Part shown: positions 28,611-38,995 of the stretch, piece by piece
Layout of the letters: the number at the start of each line of letters is the position of its first letter
How positions within the stretch are numbered: the first letter of the stretch is position 1
IMG/VR virus record: IMGVR_UViG_3300037502_002993
Location: 124,001 to 188,000 of that record
Length of the DNA stretch: 64,000 nt
Reading direction: 5' to 3' (one strand)
Program-made: the position numbers and the translations under genes
Notes under the pieces: generated by a model
Databases searched by the model: none
What the model saw: only the letters and a program-made list of their open reading frames with translations
Told to the model about the DNA's origin: nothing

Positions 28611-30674
28611 TTAAAAACGGTCGGTGGTCTGAGCCAACCCCTGTAGGGCACGAGCTGAAGGCATGTCCATCAGCTGACTCATGAAGTTACTGGGACTCTT
28701 CCAATGTTGGAAGGCTTGTAGCGTACGGGTCATGTTGAGATTAAGTCGTCTCCTTGCATAGAAAATGTCCTCAGGAGGAAGTCCCCCAAGAACCGCCATG
28801 TAATCGGAAAAGGTACTCTGCTCATCCCAGGTGGCACCCCCGAATACGGCCCCTGTGGCGGCGGTGGTCAACCCCATGGCCTGAGTGGTGGTTTCAGACC
28901 CATCCTCTCCCCGAATTGCCGTGGTGACGGTACCTAGCAGTGACACTTGTTGTAGGGTAGCAGCACTGGCTGCCGTACCAATCATACTCCCCCCACCGAA
29001 CGCCCCTTTAACGGGAACATGCAGTACGTTGGACAGATCAATTACAGAAAAAGAGATCTCGGCACCCAACATCTCATTCTCGGCATTCCACCCCACGTTC
29101 CCACTCCCTCGGGTAATGGTGATGGAATCAATCATGCCCAACTGACACAGTACCCGCCCTTGGTGCATGATCTGGCAGAGAAACGGACTCCCATAGGACG
29201 ATCTCCCTGTACTTAAAGGTAGTCCCCCAGCAAGGATCATGGCAATGGGGATATACATGTTGATAAAGCGTGACAGCTTATTTCCGTAGGGACTGTAGAG
29301 GGGGATGGTGTATTCAGCTCGTGGAAGATTGGCGGTGGAGTCCTCCCAATGTTTGGGGGCATCAATGAATGCACTCCCCCACAGGAAGGACAATCCCCCT
29401 AACTGCACACTGTCTAACAAGCCATCAGCAAAACTGGCAAAAGCACTACCCGCCTCTTGAACTGCTCGACTAATCCCAAACCCCATGGTGGAGAAGTTAA
29501 TCGATTTAAACCGATTGGCTTTGGCGTTAAGGGTATTAACCATGGCCGAATCGGTGGTGCTATTGGAGAAACTTTCCGATACCGCACCACGATGGTTAAC
29601 CCGGAAACTCGCCCAATGGGCCCCTTTACGTAGATTCGCTTTAAGAAAGTTCCCAACACCTTCTAGGTCACTCCATTCAGAAAACGACTCTGAAGCCGTC
29701 CCCCGATCATCATCCTCGATCTCCCCCTCCGCCATTACCGCCTCATAAAAATACTCCCTGGCATCCACGCCGGGTTCCGGATCGGTGGGGAGGCTATTGA
29801 CATAGTCTCGCATGCGTCCATGAAGGGCATCGATATTTCTGACCTGACTGGCGATCAGCCGCTCTTGTTCGCGTTGGTTATTGGCAATGCGTTGAGATCG
29901 ATTGGCCAGCGCCATGACATCAATACCGCCTCCCGGACGAAACAGATCCGGCATGTTCAGATGCGCCATTTGGTACAGTCGATTAAACTCTCCGGGATCA
30001 ACCTCAGCATTGTCTTCATTAAAGGCGCTGTCTGCGCCACCACTGAACACCCGGGGCGTAATGCCCATGTTAATGGAGAGTTCATTGGCGATGGTGTTAA
30101 CCGCACTCCAGTAGGTGTGCATTGAGGGTTTAAAGTAGTACCACTTACTGGGACGATTTCCCTGAAGGAAATTCGTTACCCGGGAGACCATTGAGGCCCC
30201 CAAGATAAATGGCTGTAAAGGGAGACTGACAATGAACCCCCCCACCAGCCCCACTTCGTACATGGTACGACTTCCACGGCCCGTATTGACTAGACGTGCC
30301 GTCTGGGCGTCATAGAACCCATTGAGGAAATTAAACCAGGTGTTAAAGCGCGGTACCCCAAAAGTCATATGGACGATCTGCTTGGGATCGTCAAACATTT
30401 CTGAATAGGCCCGCCCCATTCCTTCATCGGCATTTTCTGCCGTCCGTCCGATCCCCGGATAACGGACATCGGCATTACGGGTGAATTGGGGTGGGTTATT
30501 AATCGCAAAGTTACCCCCTAAGGAGGCATTGGTGAATTTATATTCCGCACTGGTGGGATAGCGCAGACGCTGTCCGCTACTGTATCCCCGACGGGTTTGG
30601 CTTGGAGGGAGGAGAAATGCCCGCCGGAGCCAATCACCATCAGTTCGGGTATTAGGATTTGTTGCTGTTGCCAT
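28611..30674 (-). CDS. Virion structural protein (phiKZ gp182-like, baseplate/tail-end region)
   Basis: 687 aa directly downstream of the tape measure gene, as in phiKZ. Confidence 0.6.
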   Translation of the reverse strand: MATATNPNTRTDGDWLRRAFLLPPSQTRRGYSSGQRLRYPTSAEYKFTNASLGGNFAINNPPQFTRNADVRYPGIGRTAENADEGMGRAYSEMFDDPKQIVHMTFGVPRFNTWFNFLNGFYDAQTARLVNTGRGSRTMYEVGLVGGFIVSLPLQPFILGASMVSRVTNFLQGNRPSKWYYFKPSMHTYWSAVNTIANELSINMGITPRVFSGGADSAFNEDNAEVDPGEFNRLYQMAHLNMPDLFRPGGGIDVMALANRSQRIANNQREQERLIASQVRNIDALHGRMRDYVNSLPTDPEPGVDAREYFYEAVMAEGEIEDDDRGTASESFSEWSDLEGVGNFLKANLRKGAHWASFRVNHRGAVSESFSNSTTDSAMVNTLNAKANRFKSINFSTMGFGISRAVQEAGSAFASFADGLLDSVQLGGLSFLWGSAFIDAPKHWEDSTANLPRAEYTIPLYSPYGNKLSRFINMYIPIAMILAGGLPLSTGRSSYGSPFLCQIMHQGRVLCQLGMIDSITITRGSGNVGWNAENEMLGAEISFSVIDLSNVLHVPVKGAFGGGSMIGTAASAATLQQVSLLGTVTTAIRGEDGSETTTQAMGLTTAATGAVFGGATWDEQSTFSDYMAVLGGLPPEDIFYARRRLNLNMTRTLQAFQHWKSPSNFMSQLMDMPSARALQGLAQTTDRF

Positions 30675-30727
30675 TAGGCACTTGCTCCTTTTGTTAACAA
30701 AGGGGGAGTTGCCTCCCCCAAATGGGA

Positions 30728-33700
30728 TTACACGAGATCACGAGATAGCGCCGTCAGTCGTGATGCGGTATTAACCGCTGGGTTTTGCTGACCCACGGTC
30801 CGCTCGGCGCGTGGGGGGTTAGCTGGGGGGGTCACCTCACTAGGACGACTGGTGTCGTTAGTGTGTTGACGACCCTCCTCGCCTGCGGTGGCTGCGGTAT
30901 TACCACCCACCTGGAAACGCTCAGCGATCACACGTAGGTATTCGCGCATCTCGCGTTGCACTTCCAGTTGGTGTTCTGCAATCCGTCCCATGGCGTGGGT
31001 CTCCCCTTCCTGGGCCTGCGTCCTTGCACGCTGTTGGACATCCGCCATCCGCGCTTGTTGCTCGCGATACTGCCTGGCTTCCGTCACTGGGTCTGCAGAG
31101 ACACCAGCGCCGCCTCCATAACCACCACTGGACGACACTGTGGTCTGCCCGTCATACCCCTCAGCACTGGTATACTCACCTCCACCAGTCCCACCATACC
31201 CAGACGTGACCGGATCACGTGATGACTGAGATAGGTTTGCAAGGTTCATAGGGGCGGGACCGTCTGGTATATCACCCTCGCCTACTGCCTCTTCACTGGT
31301 AAGGAGAAGATCAACGGCCTCGTGACCTGCGCCGCCAAATACCGCTGGCGCTTGATGGCTATTGGGGTCAGGCACCTCCTGTGCCGAAAAGTCCCCCGCT
31401 GTCGATCCCGCAGGTAAATGCTCACGGATCTTGTTATTGACGTACTCGTAAATCTCGGCGAGTGTACGTGGCGCTCCCCGCCCACGATCCTTACGGAACA
31501 CCCCGGGATTACTTCCTGCTTCCCGTGAGAACATCTGTGTCCCAAGGCGACTCCCATCTTCTGCTAATGCTCTCAGGAAACTACGAGCACCCCCCACGCC
31601 TAAGAAGTGAGCCATGTAAAGGTCAGAGAAGGTCAGGGCTCTACCCAGTGCATTTTTCAAGCCATTGTAGTTCTCCCTTGTAAACTCCGCTGCCATCAAT
31701 GCCGCGATACGTGGGTCGCGACGCAGGGCTAACGTACGGTTTTCGTCACCGGGGTGAGGAATGCCGTACTTACTGGCAAACCGATCGAACACCCCACGTC
31801 CATTTTTGGTCCAAGTCCCTTTAATGAACTGGAACCACCCTAGAGCGCTTGAGGTGTCAGGTCCCACGTTAAACCGCCAGGTGGACTCTGTCCCGGCTAC
31901 TGCAAACAGGTACTCCCAGGGAATTCCCGTCATGGCACCAACAGCGCGCAGGGTCGGTGCAGCATGCTGTCGCCCTTCCCCTTCGGGGGCCGGGATCTCC
32001 TCCCATACACCACCCGTTCCCTCCATGGAGACAAAGTCCCCCGTTCCACGGCCAGTATGTGGCTGTGGGTTCACATTGGTATCAAAACCTCCAACATGAC
32101 CCCCAATGCCTGGGGTTTCCGAGCTGCGATACCGCACCCCGCTTCCCATGGGCTGGTACTGATACCCCTGGAGGTTGGCGCTCTCATGCAGACGACGCAT
32201 CACACTTTGTCGGGCCCTCTCCTGTGATGCTTCAGCACTCTGCGTTGACCCATCTGAGGAGGGTAACTCCTGGCGTGATGTGGTCTCAGAACTCTGCTGC
32301 TCCATGGCCTCAAAATGCGCCATAAGAATCTGTGCCTGCTGGTGGGCCACTGAGCCACTGTGGCCTGGCAGATCAACTCCCGCCTCAAACACCGACTCAC
32401 GAGAACGGGGCTCTAATGCCGCAAAGATTGCACGAGCTACCGCTGCACGCTTGAAGCGATCCAACACCCCTTCCGGGTTAGCTGGACGGGCATCCGGTGC
32501 CACACTCTTAAGGGCAGTCAGGTAATCTGCCAGTACCGGGATAAAGCGTTGCTGCAACCACTGCGCCCAGTAACGATAGTCGCGACTGGAGCGGTTCACC
32601 CCAAACAGTGCCCCAAACTCTTCAAAGAAGTGGCGTGGGGAAACGCTGTAGGTCGCCTTTCCATCCTCCCAAGTAAAACGTGAGTAGAGTTCGTCTTCGA
32701 TGGTGAGGATCGCCCGGGTCAAACTACTTTCCAGGTTTTCCACCCCGTAGGTCCGAAGTCTCAACTGCTGTAGACGGGTATACCCCGTATCCCGCGTTGG
32801 GAGCGCTACCCCACCACGTCCTTGGACGGTGAGAAGATCCCGTGGGTTAATCGCTCGTGATGCTTCAATGGTTGCAGTTGATACCGTGGGGGTATCGCGT
32901 CTTGATGCAGCGCGCTGGCGCTGTTCCCGTTCACGTTCCTCCTGTGTCAGTCCAGCCTGTGCAGCCACCACGGGACTCATTGCCGCTGCCTGATGACGAC
33001 GACGTTCCTCTCGCAGATTGCCCCGAATGCGCTCAAGGTAAGTCTGGACAAGATCCCTACCGGTAAGGTCATTTCCCCCTCCAAAGGGATCGACTGTGAA
33101 GGTGTACGGCTCCTCCCCAACGGCTCTTACCATGTCGTCCAGATAGTCCCGCATGGTCTCATCGTCCAATTGGGTATCTAGCTCATGGAAATCACTATTG
33201 GGGGAGTGGGTCTTCCAGGCATTGAGGTGGGCAAGCAGTACGGGATTGAAGCGGTTAATGGCCCAGGTATTCCATTGCTCAAAGTGGGCCTCATCCTCAC
33301 TATCCACTGAGAGACCAAATGGCTCCAGCAGGTGTTGGGGGTTAATCGCTCCCGTATTGATGGTAACCTCTCCATCAACTACCCGGACGTGCTCAAGTAG
33401 GGCAGCCTCCATGCTCAGGGCAGCCTTGACTTGAGAGTGGCTGTCGGGATCAAAACCGTACTGCACCATTCTCAGCTGCTGCAGATCCCCTTTAGTGCTT
33501 TGATAACGCCGCCAAAGATGACGCCCCAGAAAGAAGGCCCCAGTGGCAGCCGCTGCCCCCAATACCACAGGCCAGCCTAAGGTCGCCACTAATCCCTTAC
33601 CGGCGATCAATCCCCCCTTAAGAGCCCAGCCCGCAGGACGCATCAGTAGGTTCCTTGCCCCCCACTTAGCCCCTCGTCCTAGTGCTCTCGCCCCACGCCC

Positions 33701-36700
33701 CAGGAGTGACCCACCCGCGGCACCTGCCGCTGCACCCGCAGCCGCACCCCCAGGACCAGTGAAGAGCTCCTTGATCCGGTTCAGGATGCTCCCACCGGGG
33801 ATCAGTCCCATTAAATCCTCAAGGAAACTGGTGGTTTTCTCCTTCTCTTGCGGGGCGCCCTCTTTATCGCCTTCCTCCTTATCTCCCTTCTCACGTGAGA
33901 ACAGATCCTGCCAAGATCCCCTACGATGCGCCTCAGGTGGGAGTCGACGATCTAGCTTATCCAACATCCGTGACAACAGGCCTTCAGTTGGATTGGAAAA
34001 ACTCTCCTCATCGATCTCCTTCTTCGGGTCTCTTAACCACCGCATCGTTCTTGGTAGTACGCCCTCTTTCTTTGGTTCCTTATCGCGGTCAATATTGAAG
34101 AAGGTCTTGGCCGCCCCCAATGCCTTACCGCCCAACCAACCATAGTAACGTTTCGTCAGGTTCCAATACCCACGCGCCGCGCGGCGACTCCACCGGGAGA
34201 GGAAACTGCGATTCTTACGGATGGGGTGTGGGGTACCTTCCGCGGTAATGGTTTTCTCAATCTCCTCAAAGGAGAGGACTTCATTGCCCTCTTCCGTGAC
34301 CAGAGACCCCTTAATGTCCTCGGGGTTGGTGACAGGCTCCCCCGACTCCCGATCAAAAAATCGTCCTTTAAGGAGATCTGCCATCCTGACACGCGGTCTT
34401 TCTTCCCCTTCAACAAAGATATCCTTTCTCAGGTTATTGAAGGTGTCAACGACCTTATTCTTCACCCGAGTGGCCAGCGGAGCAATGCGCGCTTTCACAG
34501 CCGTAACTTGAGGCGTTTCAGCAAACTGCTCGATATGACGACGAAGTGAACTTACCGTACGGCCTTCATTATCGACCAATCCGTCCTTCCACTCTTGTGC
34601 GGTGATGACGGTATTACCAAACCGGTCTACCACCCGTCCTTTGATATCACCAAACGACTCAATGAGTTTTCCTGTCTCGGCATCAAAATAATGCCCTTCC
34701 TTGAGACGGTGATAGAGGAGTCGGGGATTGCGCAGGTTGTCCTTGGTGAAAAGGTCAGTCTTAAGACGCTCCCACTCCTCACGTCGCTTAGCCCGATCGG
34801 CCCGCCGTTGCATCTCCTGCATGATGCGCTCACGCGCATCATCACTACGGTCTCCCGCTAAATGACCCAAATGGTCAGAGGTACGGTCTGTCCATTTCTC
34901 TTTGAGTCGATCAATTTGAGATTCAGCCTGCTCACGCACTTCTGCCAGCTGCGACTTGACGCCGGATCTTTCCAGCTCGTCATTAATGCGTGCTTTGGTT
35001 TCGTTGACGCGTTGCTGGGCCTTCTCCTTAAACGCGTTGAACCGCTCGACATCCTGAGGACGGTTTTCTTTAAACCATGTCTTAAGGCGATCAGTTTCTT
35101 CCTTGATGTAGTCACTCGTGGTGGGACCCACCTCTTCCGCGTCCTGCTGTGGCGCCCGGTCACCTGCCCCACGGTACATTTCCCAGATGGAGGGGTGGTT
35201 AACAAAGTCCTGACCAATTTCATCACGCACCAAGCCGAGCCCGCGCAGAAGCTCTTGACTGCCAGTTCCGTAGATGCGCTGAATGGCTGCCCTGGAATCA
35301 GGCACCACATCACGCAAACGCAAGAACTCTGAGGAGCTCTCCTGAAGACGACGCATGTTGTCCACATTACGGACCAGCTTGTCCCCTTCATCGAACTCAA
35401 AGCGTTCACGGAAGAACTGCTCCAGTTCATTGAGCGTGTCATCGGGGGTGTCTTTATCGTAACCCCCCCACTGCAGGTACTGCTCAGGATCAAAGCGTCC
35501 ACCCGTGGCACTGTCGCGCATCAAGCGCTCACGCAGGGCGGTACGGGCTTCATCGGAAAGGACGTTCTCAGGATCGTACTGCTGGACAACCCGATCCAGT
35601 TCCCGTCCTACGTTCTCACGCATAGCAGGAGAGAACAGGGTATCTCTCAAGGCATTGCGGGCAGCCCCCTCCCCGGTAAAGCGTCCTGAGGTGATGTCAT
35701 ATACCTCACGCTCCACCGATACATCCCCAGTACGCAGGATGCGCATCTCATGAAGAATGCGTGAGAGGTACCCAGGGATGATCTCCACGATACTGCGTTG
35801 GGTCAGGTGATTAAAAGCACTCTCTTGATCAATCGTGTGGAAGCCCCCATCGGTCAGTTTGCCTTCCAGACCGAAGGTGGGGAATATGTTACGCGCGGCA
35901 TTCTGCAGGATACCCCGCCAGCCATAGCTCTGTTCAGGATCATTGACGTAGTCCTGAATCAGTGAGGGGGCATTGGCAAGGCCGTACGCCAGGAGGTGGT
36001 TACGTCCCCCTAGGCGCTCATTGAGGCGATCAGTATGGGGACGTAGACGATCTCCAAGCTTAGGTGCCAGACGTGACATCGCCCAACTGCTGGCGCCGCT
36101 CCCAGCGAGCATCCCAGCGGTGTTGACCCTATCGCCCATTCCTGCCATGTCTGCCATCATTTCGGCAGAGCTGGCGGAGCTGTCCAGGCCCTGCAGGCCG
36201 CGGGTCATGGCATCGACTAGATTACGGCGTACCTGGGGCCCATAGGTCCTTAAATGGGAGTGCAGGCTCTCACTGGCCATCTGCGAGGCCTGGAGTGTTA
36301 AGGCATGCCCCAAGTGCTCTCTCTTAAAGATCGCATTGCGTCCCGCATTCGGGTCAAAACCACTGCTGCCGATCAGGTCATTAAACTGCTGGGAATCCAG
36401 CACGGTAACGGCATGCTTGCGCTTGGCATGTTCTGGCAGTGATGAGTTATGAATCAGTGATTCAAACGCATTGCGACTCAGTGCTAGTTGAGCGCCGGCT
36501 AGACGACGCATATCCCGCAACATAAACAGGGAGCGGAACTGAAGCTCCAACCCCTTCTTGCCGATCTGGTGACCTACGGTATCCTGATAGGCCACCTGAC
36601 GGTGTTGTGCATTGCGAATGTCGGTAAGGATCTCATGGGTCAGCTCAAAACGACCCGCCTCTACCCGGTCACGAATTCCCTCTTCGACCTTCTCCTGGCT

Positions 36701-37246
36701 ATCGCGCTCTTCTTCACGTCTCTCCTGTTGCACTGACGAAGAGGCATGGAGACTCGCCATCATCTCCGCGAGTTCACTGTTCTCGCGATCTCGCTCTGAT
36801 CCGGTTTGACTGCGGTTGCGATCAATCTGGTACTGGAGGCTCTCCTTACGCCGAGCAATGGCCTGTTCCAACTGGTCATAACGCTTACTGGAGAGTCGAT
36901 CCTTTAGACGGGGAAGCTGGCGTTCAGCCTGCTCTGTGATATTGAGTAAGGATGATGCATTCTCCCGAACGACCTGATCACGAGCCTCTCGCGCAAAGCT
37001 AATGCCCCGACGCCCTTCATCGATTAGGGCATTATACCCATCGGGCAAGGCGCGATCCAGTACCAGGTTCAGAGAGGTCTGTGATTTCACCCCACCTAAG
37101 AATCCACGCTTGAACCCAGCAGTAAACCGCTTCAGTTTAGATTGTTGGGTTTCCCCTCCATCAATATCGAACAGGGCATCGAGATCATCCAGTTCAGGAA
37201 GATCCCAATCATCATTATCCAGCTTATGGTGTTTCTTTGCCATCAC
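30728..37246 (-). CDS. Tail tape measure protein with lytic transglycosylase domain (phiKZ gp181-like)
   Basis: 2172 aa, helical; SLT motif AVAGTESTW...SSALGWFQFIKGTW...YMAHFLG near 31450..31950; divergent from the gp180-like gene. Confidence 0.88.
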   Translation of the reverse strand: MMAKKHHKLDNDDWDLPELDDLDALFDIDGGETQQSKLKRFTAGFKRGFLGGVKSQTSLNLVLDRALPDGYNALIDEGRRGISFAREARDQVVRENASSLLNITEQAERQLPRLKDRLSSKRYDQLEQAIARRKESLQYQIDRNRSQTGSERDRENSELAEMMASLHASSSVQQERREEERDSQEKVEEGIRDRVEAGRFELTHEILTDIRNAQHRQVAYQDTVGHQIGKKGLELQFRSLFMLRDMRRLAGAQLALSRNAFESLIHNSSLPEHAKRKHAVTVLDSQQFNDLIGSSGFDPNAGRNAIFKREHLGHALTLQASQMASESLHSHLRTYGPQVRRNLVDAMTRGLQGLDSSASSAEMMADMAGMGDRVNTAGMLAGSGASSWAMSRLAPKLGDRLRPHTDRLNERLGGRNHLLAYGLANAPSLIQDYVNDPEQSYGWRGILQNAARNIFPTFGLEGKLTDGGFHTIDQESAFNHLTQRSIVEIIPGYLSRILHEMRILRTGDVSVEREVYDITSGRFTGEGAARNALRDTLFSPAMRENVGRELDRVVQQYDPENVLSDEARTALRERLMRDSATGGRFDPEQYLQWGGYDKDTPDDTLNELEQFFRERFEFDEGDKLVRNVDNMRRLQESSSEFLRLRDVVPDSRAAIQRIYGTGSQELLRGLGLVRDEIGQDFVNHPSIWEMYRGAGDRAPQQDAEEVGPTTSDYIKEETDRLKTWFKENRPQDVERFNAFKEKAQQRVNETKARINDELERSGVKSQLAEVREQAESQIDRLKEKWTDRTSDHLGHLAGDRSDDARERIMQEMQRRADRAKRREEWERLKTDLFTKDNLRNPRLLYHRLKEGHYFDAETGKLIESFGDIKGRVVDRFGNTVITAQEWKDGLVDNEGRTVSSLRRHIEQFAETPQVTAVKARIAPLATRVKNKVVDTFNNLRKDIFVEGEERPRVRMADLLKGRFFDRESGEPVTNPEDIKGSLVTEEGNEVLSFEEIEKTITAEGTPHPIRKNRSFLSRWSRRAARGYWNLTKRYYGWLGGKALGAAKTFFNIDRDKEPKKEGVLPRTMRWLRDPKKEIDEESFSNPTEGLLSRMLDKLDRRLPPEAHRRGSWQDLFSREKGDKEEGDKEGAPQEKEKTTSFLEDLMGLIPGGSILNRIKELFTGPGGAAAGAAAGAAGGSLLGRGARALGRGAKWGARNLLMRPAGWALKGGLIAGKGLVATLGWPVVLGAAAATGAFFLGRHLWRRYQSTKGDLQQLRMVQYGFDPDSHSQVKAALSMEAALLEHVRVVDGEVTINTGAINPQHLLEPFGLSVDSEDEAHFEQWNTWAINRFNPVLLAHLNAWKTHSPNSDFHELDTQLDDETMRDYLDDMVRAVGEEPYTFTVDPFGGGNDLTGRDLVQTYLERIRGNLREERRRHQAAAMSPVVAAQAGLTQEEREREQRQRAASRRDTPTVSTATIEASRAINPRDLLTVQGRGGVALPTRDTGYTRLQQLRLRTYGVENLESSLTRAILTIEDELYSRFTWEDGKATYSVSPRHFFEEFGALFGVNRSSRDYRYWAQWLQQRFIPVLADYLTALKSVAPDARPANPEGVLDRFKRAAVARAIFAALEPRSRESVFEAGVDLPGHSGSVAHQQAQILMAHFEAMEQQSSETTSRQELPSSDGSTQSAEASQERARQSVMRRLHESANLQGYQYQPMGSGVRYRSSETPGIGGHVGGFDTNVNPQPHTGRGTGDFVSMEGTGGVWEEIPAPEGEGRQHAAPTLRAVGAMTGIPWEYLFAVAGTESTWRFNVGPDTSSALGWFQFIKGTWTKNGRGVFDRFASKYGIPHPGDENRTLALRRDPRIAALMAAEFTRENYNGLKNALGRALTFSDLYMAHFLGVGGARSFLRALAEDGSRLGTQMFSREAGSNPGVFRKDRGRGAPRTLAEIYEYVNNKIREHLPAGSTAGDFSAQEVPDPNSHQAPAVFGGAGHEAVDLLLTSEEAVGEGDIPDGPAPMNLANLSQSSRDPVTSGYGGTGGGEYTSAEGYDGQTTVSSSGGYGGGAGVSADPVTEARQYREQQARMADVQQRARTQAQEGETHAMGRIAEHQLEVQREMREYLRVIAERFQVGGNTAATAGEEGRQHTNDTSRPSEVTPPANPPRAERTVGQQNPAVNTASRLTALSRDLV

Positions 37247-37322
37247 ACACCTCGTTATCTCACATCGGGGCTTGGTCGGAAACCCCTGAAATCATAGCAT
37301 CCAGCGAATCCGGAGTCACCTT

Positions 37323-38993
37323 ATGTCGTCGGTACTTCCTAAGCGAGCAGAAATCCCCTTAAACCTCTCTCTGTTGATCCCCACAAAGGAGCAGCTTCGA
37401 ACCATTCGTGAAGTGAAAGTGACGGATGTCTTTGATGGCCCTGGAGGGAACTTTCACGACGAGGGTCTCTACTCTACCCTAATCTTCGGTAAGGTGGGGG
37501 ATGACCTTCGTGATAAACGCTTTGGGTATATCCGCTTAAAGCTGCCCATTCTTCATCCGGTGATCTATTCTCAATTGATCAAGCTCAGGGGCTTCTACAA
37601 GGAGATCCTCTCGGGAACCGGCTACGCCACCTGGGATGAAAAACAAAAGGACTTCGTCTTAAGTGATGCCCTCTCTGGCCAGACGGGCTATCACTTCTTT
37701 ATGTCTCACTGGAAGGATCTGGTGTTTAAGCGTTCAGGCTCTGATATTCGGGATGTGCGTATTAAGTCCATTGAGACCTATCGGGATCGAGCTCAGTTGA
37801 CGGAACTGCTGGTATTGCCAGCCGGACTTCGTGACATTGATCTTGAAGCGGATGGTCGGGCTAAAAGTGATGCGATTAATGAGCTCTACCATTCCGTACT
37901 GTCCCTGGCACGAACCATTCCCGACCCCCCACCGAGAGGGAACGATGTTGAGATCTACGATCGGGTACGGTTTAACCTTACTCTGAAGGTGGGTGAGATC
38001 TACACCTACATCGAGAATCTGGTCAGTGGTAAGCGGGGACTGATTCAGAACTACTGGGCCAGTCGGCGTGTGTTCAATGGCACCCGGAATGTCATCTCCT
38101 CACTCAACACCGCAGCCAACGACCTAGGGGCGCCCAATCGTCCTTCCTTTAAGGACGTGGTCATCGGGACCTATCAAGCCGCCAAGTGTGTGCTCCCCCA
38201 TACCAAGTTCTTTATGACTCAGTGGTTACTTGGGGATGTCTTTGACACTACCTCCAATCGGGTTCAGTTGGTAGACCCCAAGACCAAGAAGTTGGTCTGG
38301 GTAGAGGTAGGTAATGAGGAGGTGGATCGTTTTACTACATCAGAAGGCCTTGAAGGTCTGATCAATGAACTCTCGGTAGTGGAGAAGCGCCATCGTCCGA
38401 TCGTGGTTAAAGGTCACTATCTGGCTCTGATGTATCTGGATGAGGCTCAGGGATTTAAACTGATCCGTGATATTGACGAGCTCCCCGATGGGGCAGACCC
38501 GGATAGAGCACAGCCGTTAACCTATATCGAGTTGGTTTACCTCTCAGGTATACATCGCTGGCGGGACTTCCCTTGTTTTGTAACGCGTTATCCCGTGGAG
38601 AATTTTAACTCCTCCATTCCGATGATGATGTACGTCAAAACCACCACTCGGGGAGAGTTACGTTATCCCATCAATGACGATTGGACAGGATACGACGAAG
38701 GACCCATTGCCTTGGAATACCCGAAGCTCCGTGACGGGAGAGTGCCAGACTACCATGACAGCACCAGCGTGAGTCCCTCTACCCTGGATGCCTTCGGAGG
38801 GGACTTTGATGGCGACATGGTAAGTGTTATTGCAGCTTATGCTGATAACAGTATCGAAGAGGCAAAGGCGTATTTCAAGCGACGTGAAGCGCACATTCAA
38901 GCAGGGGGTGGGTTGGCGTTCTCAACCAATATCCACACCTTGAAACTGACCATGGCTTTCTTAACAGGCGAGCCGGTGGACGAGGTCACTTAA
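37323..38993 (+). CDS. rpoC: Virion RNA polymerase beta' subunit, catalytic part (phiKZ gp180-like)
   Basis: AFGGDFDGDM catalytic motif; RRVFNGTRNVIS; RYPV. Confidence 0.92.
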   Translation: MSSVLPKRAEIPLNLSLLIPTKEQLRTIREVKVTDVFDGPGGNFHDEGLYSTLIFGKVGDDLRDKRFGYIRLKLPILHPVIYSQLIKLRGFYKEILSGTGYATWDEKQKDFVLSDALSGQTGYHFFMSHWKDLVFKRSGSDIRDVRIKSIETYRDRAQLTELLVLPAGLRDIDLEADGRAKSDAINELYHSVLSLARTIPDPPPRGNDVEIYDRVRFNLTLKVGEIYTYIENLVSGKRGLIQNYWASRRVFNGTRNVISSLNTAANDLGAPNRPSFKDVVIGTYQAAKCVLPHTKFFMTQWLLGDVFDTTSNRVQLVDPKTKKLVWVEVGNEEVDRFTTSEGLEGLINELSVVEKRHRPIVVKGHYLALMYLDEAQGFKLIRDIDELPDGADPDRAQPLTYIELVYLSGIHRWRDFPCFVTRYPVENFNSSIPMMMYVKTTTRGELRYPINDDWTGYDEGPIALEYPKLRDGRVPDYHDSTSVSPSTLDAFGGDFDGDMVSVIAAYADNSIEEAKAYFKRREAHIQAGGGLAFSTNIHTLKLTMAFLTGEPVDEVT

Positions 38994-38995
38994 TC